A DNA stretch of 63,953 nucleotides, the filler included, from Piptocephalis cylindrospora (Eukaryota): the NCBI GenBank assembly GCA_003614145.1. It is 21 parts of 21 records of this genome, joined end to end, with 100 filler letters (N's around TTAATTAATTAA, not from the genome) between each part and the next. Parts side by side here need not be neighbours in the genome. Positions count along the whole stretch, not along the records: positions 9,319 to 12,320 come from KZ988780.1; positions 12,421 to 15,419 come from KZ988781.1; positions 15,520 to 18,404 come from KZ988782.1; positions 18,505 to 21,497 come from KZ988783.1; 17 more parts are not named here. The stretch is one strand, 5' to 3'. How positions within the stretch are numbered: the first letter of the stretch is position 1; the number at the start of each line of letters is the position of its first letter. The position numbers and the translations under genes were made by a program. A model generated the notes under the pieces. That model was not told the origin of the DNA. It saw only the letters and a program-made list of their open reading frames with translations, and searched no databases. Shown one piece after another: positions 9,319 to 21,375 of the stretch.

Positions 9319-12207
9319 CTTCGAAAAAGGCCCTGGCTTTGCGCGGCCCTAGAAGCCACAATACGTGTCATTTGAATAGTGATCTCCGGGTGACGTAGGG
9401 CCAGGGCATCAAAGAGGGACTTGGGCATCCTGGCCAATTCAGTATCTCGAATGGCATAGACCCTGGCTGGTCTGGGCATTCCAGCTTAAAAAGGAGAATG
9501 AAGGGAGAAAGAGTGAGTGAGTGAGGCCCAACTGAATCTCCTTGGAGCAACCCATTGCCACACAGAACTTACTCAGCATTTCCACTTCACCAAGTGAATC
9601 ACCTTGACCATGTTCAGCAAGGACCCGAGGCTTTTTCCCAGATTCTTCCATGACGGTCCGTAGTCGGCCATTGAGGACAATATGGACGGCGTCACTAGGA
9701 GCGCCCTGGCGGTACAGCTCCTTCCCTGCCCCAACCTGTAGCCATTCCAAGGCAAAATCGACATGGAGGATCAGCGGGGTGAGTTGACCAACGAGCTTAC
9801 GGGCCAGAAGAAGAATAAGCCGGGGGTGGCGTTCAACTACACGATCCAGGGCCTCTTTGGGAAGAAAGGCGACGCAGGTATCCATAGCGGCGCGGACAGT
9901 GACAAAGCTAGCACTTCCAGTCAATGCTGCCAGATACCCAGCGACTCCTCCAGGTTGAACGACAAAAAGTTTCTCCCGTCGATCACTCTTCTTCTCCGGG
10001 CCTTCCGCCATCCTGGAGGCCTCAGATTGGGGCCTCTCAACCCAAACATCCAAAGCCCCATCCAAAACGACCATGAGCCCTGGTTGCGAGGCGCCTTGGT
10101 GAACGAGGATTCTGCCCTTGCGGTAAAATTTCACAGTGGCCTTATCACGTAAGAGGCGGATGAGATGATCGGTACCATTCTCAGGTTCTCCTGAAGCCCC
10201 CTGGGCTCCGGAGAAGGAGGGGCCTAGGGAGGAGGTGGAAGAGGAGGCTGAAGAGGTAGAGAGAGTGGGGGAGTCAAGAGGATACGTGATAGGGCCAGAG
10301 TGAGAGGATCCTGAAAATGAAGCGGATGACGAGGTTGCGCGTTGCGCCAAAGCCTCGTCGAGTCCAGGACCAAATAGACCCAGTCGTCGGAAGAGACATT
10401 TTAGGGATGCCACTTTGAGCTGGATAAATTCGTCCTTCTCCTCCTCTGAAACCGGGGTACGACTCTGAGCATCTGAGGCCACAGGCCCAGAGGCCGATGA
10501 ACCCGGAGTGTCGGAGGTGGATAGGGTGGGGACAAAATACATACTGTGTCGCCCTGTGTCGACCAAGGTTGGTCTCACGGAAGGAAAGGATGGAGGCGTC
10601 AAACGGCTAGCCTGGGAGGAGGATGGGGTTGACTTTTGTGATTGCTTCGTGGATGAACGGTCGGATCCAGTGTGGGTCTGATCGGAAGGTGTTTCTAAAT
10701 CAGAGGGAGATAACCGCACTTCCTCCCCCCCTTCCTCGATATCGCTTTCCGTGTCGCTTCCCTGAGCCACCTCGTCATCTAGACGGCTAGGACCTAATGT
10801 TGAAGGCCGTCTTTTTCTGGGCTTTAGATGCTTTGGGCGTCTGCGTCCTGGTTGAGACTCCATCATGATGCCTCCATCACTGAGATTGGCAGTGTCTGCA
10901 TCCCCACCCTCGACTGGGACCATACGGTGCTTGGATCCCCGGGGGACCATCGTCTGATCGGGGTTGTATCGGGCACGAAGACGCTTGATCTCAGAAACGG
11001 AGAAGTTAGGATGATAGGGCGACGGGGTGGCAGTGGGGGGCGGTGTGGGTGAGGAAGAGGAGGGAGAAGAGGAAGAAGGTGAGGTACTTTTTCTTGCTCC
11101 CTCCTTGCCCTCATCATTACCGGCCATCTCCTCGACGCCACTTTCGATGAGGAGAAGATCAGTACGAAGGCCCAGATAGGCGTAGAGGGTACGGAAGGTG
11201 ACACGTGAGAAACGAGCCAGGATGACCTGGATGACATGAGCGATGGCGGAAGGATGGGACTGGATGACCCGACGAAAGGCCTCAGCGGGGATGTAAGCCA
11301 GGGTGGAGGGCTCGGAGGCGCGGAAGGCAATATCAGAATGAAGGGTGTGGGAAGCGGAAGTGAAAGACCGATGGAGGGGAATACGACCAGGAAAGTCCCC
11401 TGTAGTGTCGGTGGTACCTGGAGTAATTGGAGCGCTCTTGGTATCCCGACCATCCTCGTTCGTATCTTGGGCATGGGTGAAGAGAGAAAGCGTGGAGAAG
11501 AGGGAAGATAGGGTACCGCCCTTTCCCACATCGGTTAGAAGGATCTTATTGGAAGCCCATGTGTCCTGAGATGAGGACCCCATGGGTTGGAAGGCATTCT
11601 TTGAGGAAGCCCTAGAGGTGAAGGAGGAAGGTTGGTGCATGTCACGAAAGGTGCCGTTGTCCAGGGAGGATTTTGCATAGACCTGAACTCTACCCTCGAT
11701 GACGGTGTAAAAGGCCTGTTCGAGTTCACGAGCATCATCGATCGTCTCACCTGCACGGAGGGTGCGGGTACGAAGGGAGCGAGCGAGTTCCTCAAAGACA
11801 GGAGGATCGAGATAGCCAAAAATTTGAATGCTACCGAGGAAGGCGGAAAGAAATTCTCCAGGGTAGGTCTTGGCCTCGGTCCCATTGGTCCCAGGGACAA
11901 CGAGATCAAAAGCCTTTCCCAGGGAGCCCTCATTGTTATTCCGCTTGTCGCCCTCGACGACCGGAAGCCTGGAATAGGGCATGAGCAACCGATAACGGAA
12001 GAGGAGATAGACGGCAAAGAGGAGTAAGCCGAGGAGGAGGGCAAGGGTATAGACATCCAGGGTCAGGGTAAGAGTGTAGGATAGGATGTGGAAGAGAAGT
12101 GAGGGGAGGGTAATGGTGGTGAAGTAAATGAGGCAGTAGAGGGCATAGGCCAGTAGACCTAGCCAAGACGAGGTGTCTGGGGCGGGTGCATCTGCAGGAT
12201 GATCCAT
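9319..12207 (-). CDS. NTE1: Lysophospholipase NTE1 (cNMP-binding domains; patatin domain lies beyond the contig end); intron 9485-9572
   Basis: N-terminal TM segments; EFLSAFLGSIQIFGYLDPPVF; VIQVILARFSRVTF; LILHVDFALEW; YAIRDTELARMPKSLF after splicing. Confidence 0.92.
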
Positions 12208-13033
12208 ACGAAGGCGGCTGGAGAAGTGGAGTAGGGTGGAGTAGAGTAGATGGAGAGACGACGTTGAGAGGGATAAATGGTAGTGAAAGCTGAGAAGAGA
12301 GAGTCAAGTGATGGCGGTGGNNNNNNNNNNNNNNNNNNNNNNNNNNNNNNNNNNNNNNNNNNNNTTAATTAATTAANNNNNNNNNNNNNNNNNNNNNNNN
12401 NNNNNNNNNNNNNNNNNNNNGTGTACGCGCTGATCTTGTCAAGATGAAGTCTCATATGCGCATGTGATTTTGGGGACGGGGAAGGGCATTAGGCGGGGGG
12501 GAGATGATGGGTAGTTGAATGTGAGAGTAAATGGCATGTACTGATGGGGGATGAATGTTGATTTCTTATTGTTATCATTCACAATGCCGTTGTTTTTGTT
12601 GTTGTTATTGCTGCTGCTGTGGTCGCTCTATAGATTGAGCAGAAGTAGAGCGTGCCATACACACTTAATCCCCAAGAATGGATAGAGAGAGCCAACCTAG
12701 GTTAGCCAGCCTGATGGGGGAAGGGGGGTCAGGCTTATTATACTGCCCTCACCCCACACACGCAAATACCTCTGTCTCCGAACCCCACACCCTACACATC
12801 CTTTCCTCCCGCTTCCGATTCCACCCTAAGTATGGAGTCTCCGTCTCCGTCTCTTTCTCCCTGTGTGTGGGTGTGTATGTGTGTGTGTCCCCCTCTCTTC
12901 TGGGTGATGTTGATGTGCGTGGCCTCATCCAGCTTCTCTCTCTTCTCTTTCTTTCCTTTCCACTCGTCTTCTTCTTCTCTGTTCCTTCCTCCCTTCCCAA
13001 GCTTCCTCCTCCTTCTCCTCGTCCAAAAACACC

Positions 13034-13613
13034 ATGTTTCCTACTCCAATGACCCTTCGGGCTGGTCGTATCCTTGGTCGTCAAAGCCGAATGTGGACCA
13101 TGCCCCTTGGCATGAGTGAGTCATCTCTTTGTCCCATCCTCCCTTTCCTCTCATACTCATCCCTCTCCTTTCCTCTCAATAGGCCATCGTTCAATCCATA
13201 CGTCTCTCACGCAAAAATCCTCAACACAGGCTACAAAGACCCAGGAAGAGCCATTGGCCGCCGCGTCTAGTCCTGTTGACCGTTTCCACGGGTCCTATCA
13301 TTGGGATTACGAACGTCTCCTAGCCCTCTCCCTCGTCCCCCTCACAGCCACCGTGGCCATCCAAGGCTCGGGCAACCCCACCACCGACCTTATCCTCGGA
13401 GTCCTCATGCCCCTGCATTGTCACGTGGGCTTCGATGCCTGCATTGTCGATTACCTTCCCGAACGAAAGTCGCCCAAGCTCTACAAATTTTCCCTCTGGG
13501 CCCTTCGTCTCAGCACCATCGGCGTTCTTTACGGCTGCTACGAGTTCAACACCAATGACATTGGCCTCACCGAACTAGTTACCCGGGCATGGACGGGCAA
13601 GACGTCTCAATAA
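13034..13613 (+). CDS. SDH4: Succinate dehydrogenase membrane anchor, small subunit (CybS); intron 13116-13182
   Basis: HGSYHWDYER, HCHVGFDACIVDY and YEFNTNDIGLTE motifs; Arg-rich mitochondrial presequence in exon 1. Confidence 0.92.
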
Positions 13614-14658
13614 GAACGGGGCAATACGAGAGGGTGATGAATGGACTTGACGTGATTTGATCATTGCATGTGACGTGAACGAGAGACCATTCTTGCTCTA
13701 CCTTTGAGATGGGCAGATGTTGACCCTGGAGACTATGGGGATCATCCCCAGTCCCAAGTTCTCCTATTTCAAATACCGTTGATCCGACACACATCCTCAC
13801 CTCCCCTTCACCGTGACTCCTCATGGTCCATTCCCATGAAATTGGGATTCAAATTTCACATCCATTTTTGGCTGAATTCCCTCCCAGTTTTTGCACATGG
13901 TATCATGCACACTGTGCTGCCATGGCGCGCCTCCCGCCCCCTCCTCCTCTCATCCCATCCCATCCACTCCCACAAAGCTCGGTCAGTAGCCACCACCTCC
14001 AGAGACTCCTCTTATCATCACGACCACCCGCCACCGCCACACTGATTGCCCTCTTTTTTTTTTCGCGAACCTTCTCGATCCATCCAGATACTCCCCGCCC
14101 ACACACACCTACCTTTCTGTGTCTGCTAAACTTGGTCCAGCCCCTACCTGAAAAAGCGCTTTTACACTTGGATCCCACCCTCTTCCCCCAGAGCGCCGCG
14201 CTTCATTGGTCCATAACCAGGGTAAGGGACAGACGACCCATCATTGTAACTTGGGTGTTTTCACCCAATTTCCTTCCCTCTTTCCTCCCCCCCCCCTTTA
14301 CCTTGGGGTCCTACCACTACCATCTTTTTAACTCAAGCAGTGTACACATACACACACATACAGCAGCACTGGCCTCTCTCCGTCATCATCGCCCCGCTTC
14401 TTGTCCTTTTTTCCTGCCGCCGCCTGGCCCACTCCGAGGCCCACACACACACACACACACACACACGTCTCTTGGAAAAAGACACCAGGCCCTCCTCTCA
14501 TTCTTCTTGAAGATACAACAGAGGCCTAAGATCCAAACGCCCCAGCCCTCTCCCTCTTTCCTTCTTTCTCTTCCCTACTCCCCTCTGTTCGCACCTCCCT
14601 CCCCCCCCTCCTCCCCTACTCTCCCCCCTCCCACCTCCCTCACACATCCAGTCACATC

Positions 14659-15419
14659 ATGGTCAAGGAAACTGCCCTGTACGAAGCCCTCGGCGTCAGC
14701 CCCGATGCCTCGGAATCTGATCTGAAGAAGGCCTACCGTAAGCTTGCCCTCAAGTACCATCCTGACAAGAACCCTGATGCCGGCGACAAGTTCAAGGAGA
14801 TCTCCCACGCCTACGAGGTCCTCTCCGACAGCCAGAAGCGGGAGGTGTACGACCGCTTTGGCGAGGCCGGGCTCAGCGGCGAGGGCGGCATGGGTGGGGG
14901 TGGCGTCTCTCCCGAAGACCTCTTTGCCCAGCTCTTTGGCGGAGGCGGCGGTGGCTTCTTTGGTGGAGGCGGTCCCGGGGGCTCCTCCCGTCACTCCGGT
15001 CCCCGAAAGGGCAAGGACGTGGGTCATGGCCTCAAGGTCACCCTGGAGGATCTGTACAAGGGCAAGACCTCCAAGCTTGCCCTCCAGCGCAACATCATCT
15101 GCAAAAAGTGCGATGGTAAGGGCGGTAAGGCCGGAGCCGTCAAGTCCTGCTCCACCTGTAATGGTCAGGGTGTCCGTCTGACCATCCGTCAGATGGGCCC
15201 CATGATCCAGCAGGTCCAGCAAACCTGTCCCGATTGTCGGGGCGAGGGTGAAATCATCAACCAAAAGGACCGGTGCAAGGACTGTCTGGGTAAGAAGGTC
15301 ATCTCGGAGCGCAAGGTCCTCGAGGTCCATGTGGACAAGGGCATGAAGGGAGGCCAGCGTATCACCTTCACCGGTGAGGCCGACCAGGCCCCGGGCACCC
15401 TCCCTGGTGATGTTGTCAT
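14659..15419 (+). CDS. YDJ1: Type I DnaJ/Hsp40 chaperone, 3' truncated
   Basis: MVKET start, J-domain with HPD, G/F region and four CxxCxGxG-type repeats. Confidence 0.95.
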
Positions 15420-15583
15420 NNNNNNNNNNNNNNNNNNNNNNNNNNNNNNNNNNNNNNNNNNNNTTAATTAATTAANNNNNNNNNNNNNNNNNNNNNNNNN
15501 NNNNNNNNNNNNNNNNNNNCTCTTCCAACCTTGTCACCTAAACTCGGCTACTCACTCCCCCCTACTCTGTCATTCGCCCTACC

Positions 15584-16790
15584 ATGTCATCCGGTAAACA
15601 AGGCCAAGAGCGCTCCTTTTGGGATACAAAGACCCAGCAGTTCCACGGGGGCCAAGACTGGAAGATGTGCGGGGATCGCTTTGTTGAGGACTTTTCCGTC
15701 ACCACCAATGGTCTGGGCACCCCCGTCAAGGCCCTCGAGGCCGCGGCTGACTCAGTAAGCGGGTTGATATGGTGTCATATGTCTACAGACTAAACCTCAT
15801 CCTCTCTCGCACCCATTCTCACCCTCCTAGCTCAAGACCTGCGATCACTATCCTCCCGCAGATCAGGAACCCGCCAGATCCTCCCTGGCTCAGTTTCTCT
15901 GGCCGGATACCCATGACCGAAACCATGGAAGGCTCATCCTGGGTAATGGGGCTTCCGAGCTGATCGACTTGGTAATCCGTCAGGCCCCGGGAGAGACATG
16001 GAAGCCTGGACCTTGGTCGGTCCAGTACAAGGAGTATGAGAGGTCGGCGAAAACGAGTGGCCGAAGGATCCTCGAGGCGAGCACGGAAGAACGTGCCTCC
16101 TTAGTGTGTTTGGTTAACCCGTGTAATCCCACGGGAGACTACCTGACCTGGGAGGAAGTCGTTGCGTGGATTCGTCAACATGCCCTTCCCGGGGCCGTGG
16201 TCATCGTGGATGAGTCAATGCAGCTATGGCACTCCCCTGGCTTTCGGGAGGATTCTTTGGCTTCCCACCCGGATTTGGCTTCGACCCTCTTGGCCGAGGA
16301 TGGGCTACAGCTGTATGTCATTCACTCCTGGACCAAGATTTGGTCCTGTACGGGCCTTCGTCTAGGTTCCGTGGTGACCCCGTCCGCGCAACACACTCAG
16401 GCACTTCGACGCGTCCAGGTCCCATGGAGCGTTAATACCCCGGCCCTGGCCTTCTTGGATGCTGTGGTACGGGATACCGAGTACATGAACCAGACTTGGG
16501 AGCTAACCCCAGTGTGGAGGGTGCAGCTCATTGATCGTCTCGTGGACCTGTCATCCCGACTTCCCGGTCCGGCCTGGGAGATGCATGGAAAGCCCTTCCT
16601 TAGCTGGGTGTGGGTGGATGTCAAGGAGGAGAGCCTGGCGGATCGTTTGGTCCATCTGGCCAGAGAGGCCGGAGTCCCCGTCCGGAGCGGACGACCAGGC
16701 TATGAACAGCCCACGTTTGTCCGTGTAGCCGTCCGAGAGTCCGGAAAGGTTGATCATCTTATCCAAGCCTGGGAGTCCCTTCTTAACTGA
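15584..16790 (+). CDS. Class I/II PLP-dependent enzyme, CobD (threonine-phosphate decarboxylase)/HisC-like; intron 15755-15830
   Basis: FHGG, EDFSVTTNGLGTP, HYPP, LGNGASELI, NPCNPTG, VDES, SWTKIWSCTGLRLG (PLP lysine), PWSVN and VRVAVR. Confidence 0.85.
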
Positions 16791-17412
16791 GCTACGAAAG
16801 AGGGTCACCTTTCTAGGTCTCTTCCAGGCTGTAGGGAGGGGGAGGGAGGTAAGAAAGATATACGTTATTGTAGCTTGATTATTCTTTATGGATCAGGATG
16901 AGTCAAGTTCTCTCTATGCGAGACTGATGAATGAAATGAGCGCTATGGAAATATCAAGCTTGGTTATGACCATTCAAGCTGAATGGGATACTGCTGAATT
17001 TTCAGGATGTGGGGTGTAATAAGGGAGGATATTGTTTTGTAGTGAGGTTTTCATAGTAATGGTAATAAGCAGTTAAGGCTTTTACGGGAGCGCTTTGTCC
17101 CCTCTATATTTACGTGTCATCCCTGTACAGGGACCATGTTAACCTTCTCTGTTTTGTTCCAATTTTGGTATAAGAGGTCCAAAGGCATTACCGCTTTATT
17201 CACTCCAACTAGCAAGAAGCACAATTTGTCATTTTTTAAAACCAGGTGTATATTTTCATTGGCATATGACGATGTGGGATGAAACAGGGAAGGGGGGAGG
17301 CGTCCACGATGGCGTAGAGACCATTTGAGCTGCTGATTCCCCCCTACCTTCTCCTCGATCACGACCATATTTCATCCCATTCCAACTTACATAGATTCTG
17401 CTCCCATCCAAT

Positions 17413-18404
17413 ATGTTTTCTCGAGGCCGCTCCAACCCGGACCCGGGTCGAGGGGATACCTTTTCTCTAGTAGGAACACCGGTATCACAAAGCTCATCTA
17501 CGTTCACTCCAGTGTGGAAGCAGGAAGTGACAGATGAGCAAGGGAGACGTCGGTTCCACGGGGCCTTTACCGGCGGCTATTCCGCGGGATACTTTAATAC
17601 GGTCGGATCCAAGGAGGGTAAGGACAGGGAGGATGGGATGAGTGTTATAGACACAAGCTGAACCCCTACATTTTTGTTTATGTCAAATAGGTTGGGCACC
17701 TCAGTCATTTCGATCTTCTAGGACCTCACGGCACCAATGGAAGGATGATGAAGGGGAGAGGGCAGGGGCTCGACCAGAAGATTTCATGGATGAAGAAGAC
17801 ATGGCGGATAGGGAGGCGCTTGGAGAACTGACAGTTCAGGGAGGATATGCCCTTGCCACCCAGGAAAAGGGAGGAGAAAGGTAAAAGGACTGGGGAAGCG
17901 AGCGGAGGGGCCTCTACTCATGTTTCACCTCATACTCATACCTATTTCATGTACGGATAGTACCATCAGGGATCTCTTTGTTGTGCAGGAGGGGAACTTG
18001 GGGATGCGGATGTTGGGGCGAATGGGCTGGAGACCGGGAGTGTCCAAAAGTGATCAGTCGACGGGTCGAGGAGGTGCAAGACCTAGAATGGGGATCTATA
18101 CGGTTGAAGAGGAGTATGAAACAGGGGAGAAAGAGAGGACGGGGACGATCCTGCCGGAATTGCCCGATTCATCAGAGGAAACATGGAAGAAGCTCCCTGT
18201 CAAGCTGGATGGCCATGGCCTTGGCTACGTCTCTCTGACTCAAGGGCGTGGATTGCGAGGGGATGAGGATAATGAGGTAAAGGAGGATGAAGAGATCAAG
18301 AGGACAGTGGTCCAAGGGCTTGGGGAAAGGAGAAGGACCAAGGCTAGACGCATTCGTCCATCCACAGCCCTTTCCTTTTACGAGGAGGAGGAAGAGGAGG
18401 AAGA
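17413..18404 (+). CDS. GPATCH1: G-patch domain-containing protein 1 (DUF1604 plus G-patch), multi-exon, 3' truncated
   Basis: [47 protein letters not shown] and [14 protein letters not shown]. Confidence 0.88.
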
Positions 18405-18804
18405 NNNNNNNNNNNNNNNNNNNNNNNNNNNNNNNNNNNNNNNNNNNNTTAATTAATTAANNNNNNNNNNNNNNNNNNNNNNNNNNNNNNNNNNNNNNNN
18501 NNNNGAATGGTTGTTTTTTAAAACTGATATGTAACTGAAGAAAGAGATATGTGGGGGAACGACTGGGAAAAGGACTGGGGGAATGGAATGAGAGGGGGGG
18601 ATGAGAGAAATATACGAGGTCTTTTCGAATTCAACCCAATTGTAATCCCTGTCTATGCCACGATGGACAGGACTGGTTGGTGGGTTGGCCCAGTAACAAC
18701 AGAACAGAAACCATAATGTACATACACACAGCAAGCCTAATCATCCATCTAGCTCTCATTTTTTCATCGCGACCCACATCCCATCCCGTATGCCACAATG
18801 GTCA

Positions 18805-19761
18805 TCAGTTCTTGGAGCGGGAGGCAAAGTACTCCTTGAGCTGATCGCCTCCAAAGACCATGCACAGGGTGAGGTAGCAACCAAGACCGATACGGGGGAT
18901 GATGCCACGGTAGAAGCCCTTGATGCCATTATTAGCGTAGATGTACTTGGCACAGGAGATGATGTTCATGCGCTCGGGCCTCCCGGGGGCCTTGGACTGA
19001 CTCTGCATCTCAACACGGATGACCTCGATGGGCTGGTTCCAGCAGGAAAGTCCACCACCGATGATGGAGGAGGCGATGCGTTCGGAGGTGGTGAGCTTCC
19101 TGGAGGGATCGGAGCCCTTGAAAAGGCGTTCAGTGAAGCGGGTGATACCGAAGCGGGAGCCCCAGTTGGTCATTTGACGGACGGCGACGGCGCTGACGCC
19201 CTTGTTAAGCCCGCGGATCCCCTCACGCTTAAGGACGTTGGCGGCGACGGTCCAGGTGCTCTGGGTGGGGCCAGAGCCCTTGTGACGGGTGACCTCGACC
19301 GTCTTCATGAAGGTACAAAAACCCATGGTGGTGTAGGCCTGGGCCACGCCGCCACCGGCGCCGGCCAGAAGACCGGCCCACTCCTTTCCCAGACCTAAAT
19401 TGTGTCTTGCGCGGTACTCCAGTTCGGAGGAGGCGAAGAGAAGGACTCCGCCCTTGGTGGAGGCCTCAATCCAGGCCCAGGGGATCAATCCCTGGTAAAA
19501 TCCGGAAATTCCACCTCTGGCATACGTCTTTTTAAAAGCAGTCGCCAAGGTATCCTGTCTGTTGGCTAGTGAGAGGAGTGTGAGAGGAGGGGGAGGGTGA
19601 GGGAGAGGAGGGGAGGGGAGGAATAACGTACCAGCAAGATGGGTCTTCAGCACCTCAAAGGGCTGTCCTAGGGTGGAGACCTCAAAGGTCTGGATACCGG
19701 CACCCAGGAGGATATTAGTCCAAGAGACCTTTTTCTTTGCAGGGGCAGCGGTGGTGGACAT
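18805..19761 (-). CDS. YHM2: Mitochondrial citrate/oxoglutarate carrier; in-frame intron 19566-19631
   Basis: [46 protein letters not shown] and [14 protein letters not shown]. Confidence 0.93.
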   Translation of the reverse strand: MSTTAAPAKKKVSWTNILLGAGIQTFEVSTLGQPFEVLKTHLAGTLFLPSPPLPHPPPPLTLLSLANRQDTLATAFKKTYARGGISGFYQGLIPWAWIEASTKGGVLLFASSELEYRARHNLGLGKEWAGLLAGAGGGVAQAYTTMGFCTFMKTVEVTRHKGSGPTQSTWTVAANVLKREGIRGLNKGVSAVAVRQMTNWGSRFGITRFTERLFKGSDPSRKLTTSERIASSIIGGGLSCWNQPIEVIRVEMQSQSKAPGRPERMNIISCAKYIYANNGIKGFYRGIIPRIGLGCYLTLCMVFGGDQLKEYFASRSKN

Positions 19762-20294
19762 GTTGAGGAGGGGAGGAGAGGGAAGGAGGGGGAGAAGAGG
19801 GGAGGAGGAGGAGGAGAAGGAGGAGGAGGAGGAGGAGTGAACGAAGAAGACGGAAAGGAAAGTGTGATGCTGACCTGGGTTGTTCTTCTCCCCCCTCCCC
19901 CCCGCCATTTACCCCGAGCTCTTTATAGAACGATGAGGGGGGAGAGGACACAAGGGATGCCCTTAACTGCCCCAACTATTCTCCACCGGATCACCTCTCT
20001 CTGCCCCACCGCCATTCAAAGGACATTGCCCATCATCCCTTCCCACCCTTTTTAAATCGCGGAGATGAGTGTATACAAGAGGAGATACAGAGGGAAGATA
20101 GGGGAGATGGCGTGGACTGCGGGTGGGAAAGCACGCACACAACACCAATCCATCTGGACTTGGAGGGGACCACACCATCCCCCTTCCTTGCGTGGCAGAG
20201 AAATGCCCGTCATGTCTCCGGTCCAGCCCGATAAGCCTGACACCGCCCTTCTCCCTACTTCTTCCAGAGGTTCAAATTCAGTGCTGGTGAAGCC

Positions 20295-21375
20295 ATGTCC
20301 ATCTATCTCCTTGCCCTGTTAGCCATCCCAGGTTATCTCTTATATCGGAGGCTTCATTCTCCGACCCCCTACCCTGCACCCAAAGAGCCATGGACGAGGG
20401 AGCATGCTAGCCGGATCCTGTTGGGAGGACGGGACCATCAGATTGTTCAACACATAGCCTCCTCCCCCCCCTCTTCTGTAGATACGCCAGAGCAAGAAAC
20501 TGTGCCCTCTGCGGGGACGGCAGAGCAAGTAGTCCCTCTCCTCATTTTCCTCCATGGATTGGGAGCACAGGCGGAGCAGTTTTTGGAGCAATTCGCACAT
20601 TTTCATCCCAAAGCGCATATCCTTGGTTTGGATACTCTGGGCCATGGGGGTTCGGGAGATTCGGCGGAGTACGCCGAGTACACGGCCGAGGCACTGATCG
20701 ATCGGTGGATCCTGCTGCTTACCAGATATGGGGACCCTGGAGTGCCTTGGGTGGTGTGTGGTCACTCGTACGGATCCATCTTGGCATTGAGACTGTGTCG
20801 GGCCCTGGTGGCGTCACGTGCCCTGCCAAGCCCATCGGGCCTTATCCTCCTCTCCTCTCCCTTCTCGGACACCACGGGAGGGAAGAGGGGTAAGCAGGGG
20901 GCTGGATGGCTCCTTGCCCTACCCGATCCACTGATTGAGGTCCTACGATGGATGGATCGACGGGGTGGGACAGAGTCTCATTCGGTGAAGCGTCTCCTGG
21001 GACCCGGGGCCTCCATCGAACTGAAAGAGAGGCAACTCGGGTGGAATAAGGCTTCCAGGACCCGGACCCTGAAGCGGATTGTTGCGGGGATGCCCTCCTG
21101 GGAAGCTGAGGAAGTGATTTTGGAACAGAAGGGACAGGAGGATCAGACACAGTCGTCGATCCCCACACTGATCATAGTAGGGTCCGAGGACAAGGTTACC
21201 CCCCCCGTGGATGGCCCAGGCCATGGGCAAGGCTTTGGAGGAAAGGAGGGGGTATGGACCCATCACTGGACCTATGGTCATGGAAGGTTCGGGACACCAG
21301 GTGATGCTAGAATCGGCTAAAGAGGTCAATCAGTCTATCCAAGACTTTCTCCTCTGTCATGTCAATTCACAATAG
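20295..21375 (+). CDS. Membrane-anchored alpha/beta hydrolase with an apparent frameshift in the C8 run at 21199-21206
   Basis: IFLHGLG, LGHGGS, GHSYG nucleophile and GSEDKVTP acid; the catalytic-His segment GSGHQVMLE...VNQSIQDFL lies in the +1 frame and ends at TAG 21375. Confidence 0.85.

Noticed and set aside
18805..19908. 367-aa YHM2 with N-terminal extension and Pro-rich insert as given by the ORF track
   Set aside because: The extension is pyrimidine-rich leader and the insert is a 66-nt in-frame GT-AG intron; the likely start is ATG 19761.
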